Shown here: positions 31,967 to 34,296 of the stretch, in pieces
How positions within the stretch are numbered: the stretch's first letter is position 1
How the letters are laid out: each line of letters begins with the position of its first letter
From: Nanobdellota archaeon
Lineage (GTDB): Archaea > Nanobdellota > Nanobdellia > Pacearchaeales > GW2011-AR1
DNA length: 34,296 bases
Assembly (NCBI GenBank): GCA_018901625.1
Contig: JAHIEM010000078.1
Location: 1-34,296, forward strand
Direction: 5' to 3'
Notes under the pieces: generated by a model
Seen by the model: only the letters and a program-made list of their open reading frames with translations
Told to the model about the DNA's origin: nothing
Databases searched by the model: none
Translations under genes and position numbers: made by a program

Positions 31967-34296
31967 ATGAAAGAAAAAGAGGCAGATAAGCATATCAGAT
32001 GGTTTTCTGAGCTAGGCAAGGATGACATAAAAACAGTAGGCGGCAAGGGAGCAAATTTAGGAGAGATGACAAAGCTCAAACTGCCAATCCCTCCAGGATT
32101 CTGCATTCTAACCTCAGGATACCAGGAATTTCTTCAGGATACTGACATAGATGCTGAAATCTATAACATACTGAACAAAACAGATGTAGACAACACCTCA
32201 GAGCTGGAACAAGCAAGTGCAAGAATAAAGAAAAGGATTATAGACGCAGAAATGCCTAAAGAGTTGGAAGAAGAGATAACAGATAACTACGAGGCTCTTA
32301 ATCTAGATGTAGAAACAATTGGAAAAGCAGGTTCAGAAGCTCTCTCAATTCTGAAAAAAGCATACGAACCAATATTTGTAGCAGTAAGAAGCTCAGCAAC
32401 AGCAGAAGACTCATCAGAAGCAAGTTTTGCAGGACAGCAAGAAACATTCCTAAACATAAAAGGCAAGTCAAATGTAATAGAAGCAGTAAAAAAATGCTGG
32501 GCAAGTTTATTCACTGCGCGTTCAATATATTACAGAATAAAAAAAGGATTCAAGCACGAACAAGTTCTAATCTCAGTTATAATAATGAAGATGATTAACT
32601 CTGACAAATCAGGAGTAATATTCTCAAAGAACCCTGTAGGAGATGATGATAATATTGTGATAGAAGCAGTTTATGGATTAGGAGAGGGAATAGTCTCTGG
32701 AAGAATCTCCCCAGACCATTACGAAGTCTCAAGAGACATGAAAATAGAAGACATAAGAAAAGAAAACAAGAAGATAGCCCTAACTAGAAACTCTAGCGGA
32801 GAGAATACAATTATAAACCTGACAGAAGAAAAATCAAAAAGCCAGGTTCTAACTGAACAGGAAATTCTAAGACTGGCAAAATATTCAATAAGGCTGGAAG
32901 AACACTACAAAAAACCACAGGATATAGAATTCGCAATTGATTCTGGAGAAATATTCATAGTTCAAACCAGGCCAATAACAACTCTCAATCTCAAACAGCG
33001 TAAACAAGAAATCTCAGGCAAAGAGATACTAACAGGTGTGGGAGCATCTCCAGGAATCGGCTCAGGAACAGTAAGAATAGTAAAAACAAAATCTGATCTT
33101 GAAAAAATAAAGAAAGGAGATGTCCTAGTAACTAAGATGACTAACCCGGACATGGTTGTTGCAATGCAGAAATCAGCAGCAATAATAACTGATGAAGGCG
33201 GGTTGACGAGTCACGCAGCCATAATAAGCAGAGAGATGGGCATCCCCGCAGTTATAGGAACAGACCGCGCAACTTCAATATTAAAAGATAATCAGAAGGT
33301 AACAGTAAACGGGTTTGCAGGGAAGATTTACGAAGGAATACAGGAGAAAGTTGAAGCAGAAATTCTCCCGATAGTAAAAACAAAAACCAATATAAAAGTA
33401 ATAGTAGACCTGCCAGACTATGCAGAGAGAGCTGCAAAAACCAAGATAACCCATGTGGGACTAACCAGAATAGAAGGGATAATTGCAGAGTCAGGTAAGC
33501 ACCCATTATACTTCTGGCGTGAGAACAAGCTAAAAGATTATGAAAATATAATATTCAAAGGAATCAAAGAGATAGCAAATCATTTTGAGGAAGTCTGGGT
33601 TAGAACATCAGACATAAGGACAGATGAATATAAAAATCTCCAGGGAGCTCCTAAAGAAGTTGAGCTAAATCCAATGCTGGGGTTTCATGGCATCAGGTTC
33701 TCATTAAAAAAGCCAGAAATTCTAAGAGCAGAACTGCTAGCTCTGAAAAGAGTTGCTGAAGAAGGTAAAAAAAGAATAGGGATAATGATGCCTCAGATAA
33801 TTTCAGTGCAAGAGGTGCAAGAAACTAAAAAGATACTAGAGGATATAAAGTTCACGCACGCAAAACTAGGAGTTATGATAGAAACCCCTGCAGCAGTCCA
33901 GATTATTGAAGACCTATGCAAACAAAGAATTGAATTCATCAGTTTCGGAACAAATGATTTAACTCAGTACACTCTGGCAATAGACAGGGGAAACGAGCAT
34001 ATCCAATATCTGTATGATGAAACTCACCCAGCAGTACTCTCACAAATCTCATCAGTCATTCAGGTTTGTAAGAAATATAATGTAGAAACAAGCATCTGCG
34101 GCCAGGCAGGGAGCAATAGAAAAATGGCAGAGTTCCTAGTAAGCCAGGGAATAGACTCTATATCAGTAAATGCAGACAAAGCTAATGAAATCTCAATACT
34201 CGTGCAAGAACTAGAAAGCAAAGGTTTAATATCTCAAGAATCCCGAGAAATTCAAACAGGAGAAGACAAAATGCCATCTGAAAACACTGAAATAAA
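31967..34296 (+). CDS. ppsA: Phosphoenolpyruvate synthase (partial; runs off the window end)
   Basis: Hand translation from ATG 31967: MKEKEADKHIRWFSELGKDDIKTVGGKGANLGEM..., VAVRSSATAEDSSEASFAGQQETFLN, phosphohistidine motif GGLTSHAAIISREMGIPAV, PEP-utilising C-terminus ISFGTNDLTQYTLAIDRGN. No in-frame stop was seen in the stretches I translated (first ~220 codons and last ~30 codons, up to 34296). It is missing from the ORF track because it is open-ended. Confidence 0.9.
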   Translation, partial: MKEKEADKHIRWFSELGKDDIKTVGGKGANLGEMTKLKLPIPPGFCILTSGYQEFLQDTDIDAEIYNILNKTDVDNTSELEQASARIKKRIIDAEMPKELEEEITDNYEALNLDVETIGKAGSEALSILKKAYEPIFVAVRSSATAEDSSEASFAGQQETFLNIKGKSNVIEAVKKCWASLFTARSIYYRIKKGFKHEQVLISVIIMKMINSDKSGVIFSKNPVGDDDNIVIEAVYGLGEGIVSGRISPDHYEVSRDMKIEDIRKENKKIALTRNSSGENTIINLTEEKSKSQVLTEQEILRLAKYSIRLEEHYKKPQDIEFAIDSGEIFIVQTRPITTLNLKQRKQEISGKEILTGVGASPGIGSGTVRIVKTKSDLEKIKKGDVLVTKMTNPDMVVAMQKSAAIITDEGGLTSHAAIISREMGIPAVIGTDRATSILKDNQKVTVNGFAGKIYEGIQEKVEAEILPIVKTKTNIKVIVDLPDYAERAAKTKITHVGLTRIEGIIAESGKHPLYFWRENKLKDYENIIFKGIKEIANHFEEVWVRTSDIRTDEYKNLQGAPKEVELNPMLGFHGIRFSLKKPEILRAELLALKRVAEEGKKRIGIMMPQIISVQEVQETKKILEDIKFTHAKLGVMIETPAAVQIIEDLCKQRIEFISFGTNDLTQYTLAIDRGNEHIQYLYDETHPAVLSQISSVIQVCKKYNVETSICGQAGSNRKMAEFLVSQGIDSISVNADKANEISILVQELESKGLISQESREIQTGEDKMPSENTEI

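Noticed and set aside
32287-33506. Minus-strand ORFs 32287-32514, 32298-32504, 32962-33153 and 33252-33506
   Set aside because: All lie antisense within the open-ended ppsA reading frame, whose translation shows canonical PEP-synthase motifs.

Overview
AT-rich archaeal chromosome segment. Archaeal markers are a group II chaperonin/thermosome, ribosomal proteins eL33 (L35Ae) and uL16 (L10e), and TrmB and Lrp/AsnC regulators. Many short orphan genes suggest a small-genome, DPANN-like lineage, but that is inference only. About 45 CDS, 2 intact tRNAs (Gly-GCC on the minus strand, Val-UAC on the plus strand), one TnpB-type IS element and a truncated FtsX gene are supported. Three regions stand out. 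(1) 8.6-15.3 kb: the anticodon-arm core GTTTACAC of the intact tRNA-Val recurs eight times on the same strand. With three different orphan tRNA 3' halves, 5' acceptor-like modules and a conserved hairpin motif, it divides the region into 1-3-gene cassettes. Perfect 46-nt and 77-nt direct repeats are present and no recombinase gene was recognised. This looks like serial gene capture or an integron-like cassette platform built on a tRNA anticodon arm. (2) 25.2-28.3 kb: a GC-richer five-gene minus-strand operon with overlapping or 1-nt-spaced stop/start codons. It encodes a ParB/Srx-like protein, an unannotated 45-aa RHH protein, an HTH + 4x NUMOD3 + nuclease-like protein, a 161-aa orphan and a miniature RtcB RNA ligase. 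(3) 22.9-24.4 kb: a TnpB element with a 12-nt motif at both ends and an unannotated 45-aa AbrB-like ORF overlapping the tnpB start. Other points are a bacterial-type PlsX next to ribosomal protein genes and a tRNA-Gly 3' fragment split by a perfect 54-nt palindrome. All functional calls rest on motif recognition by eye; no searches were run.
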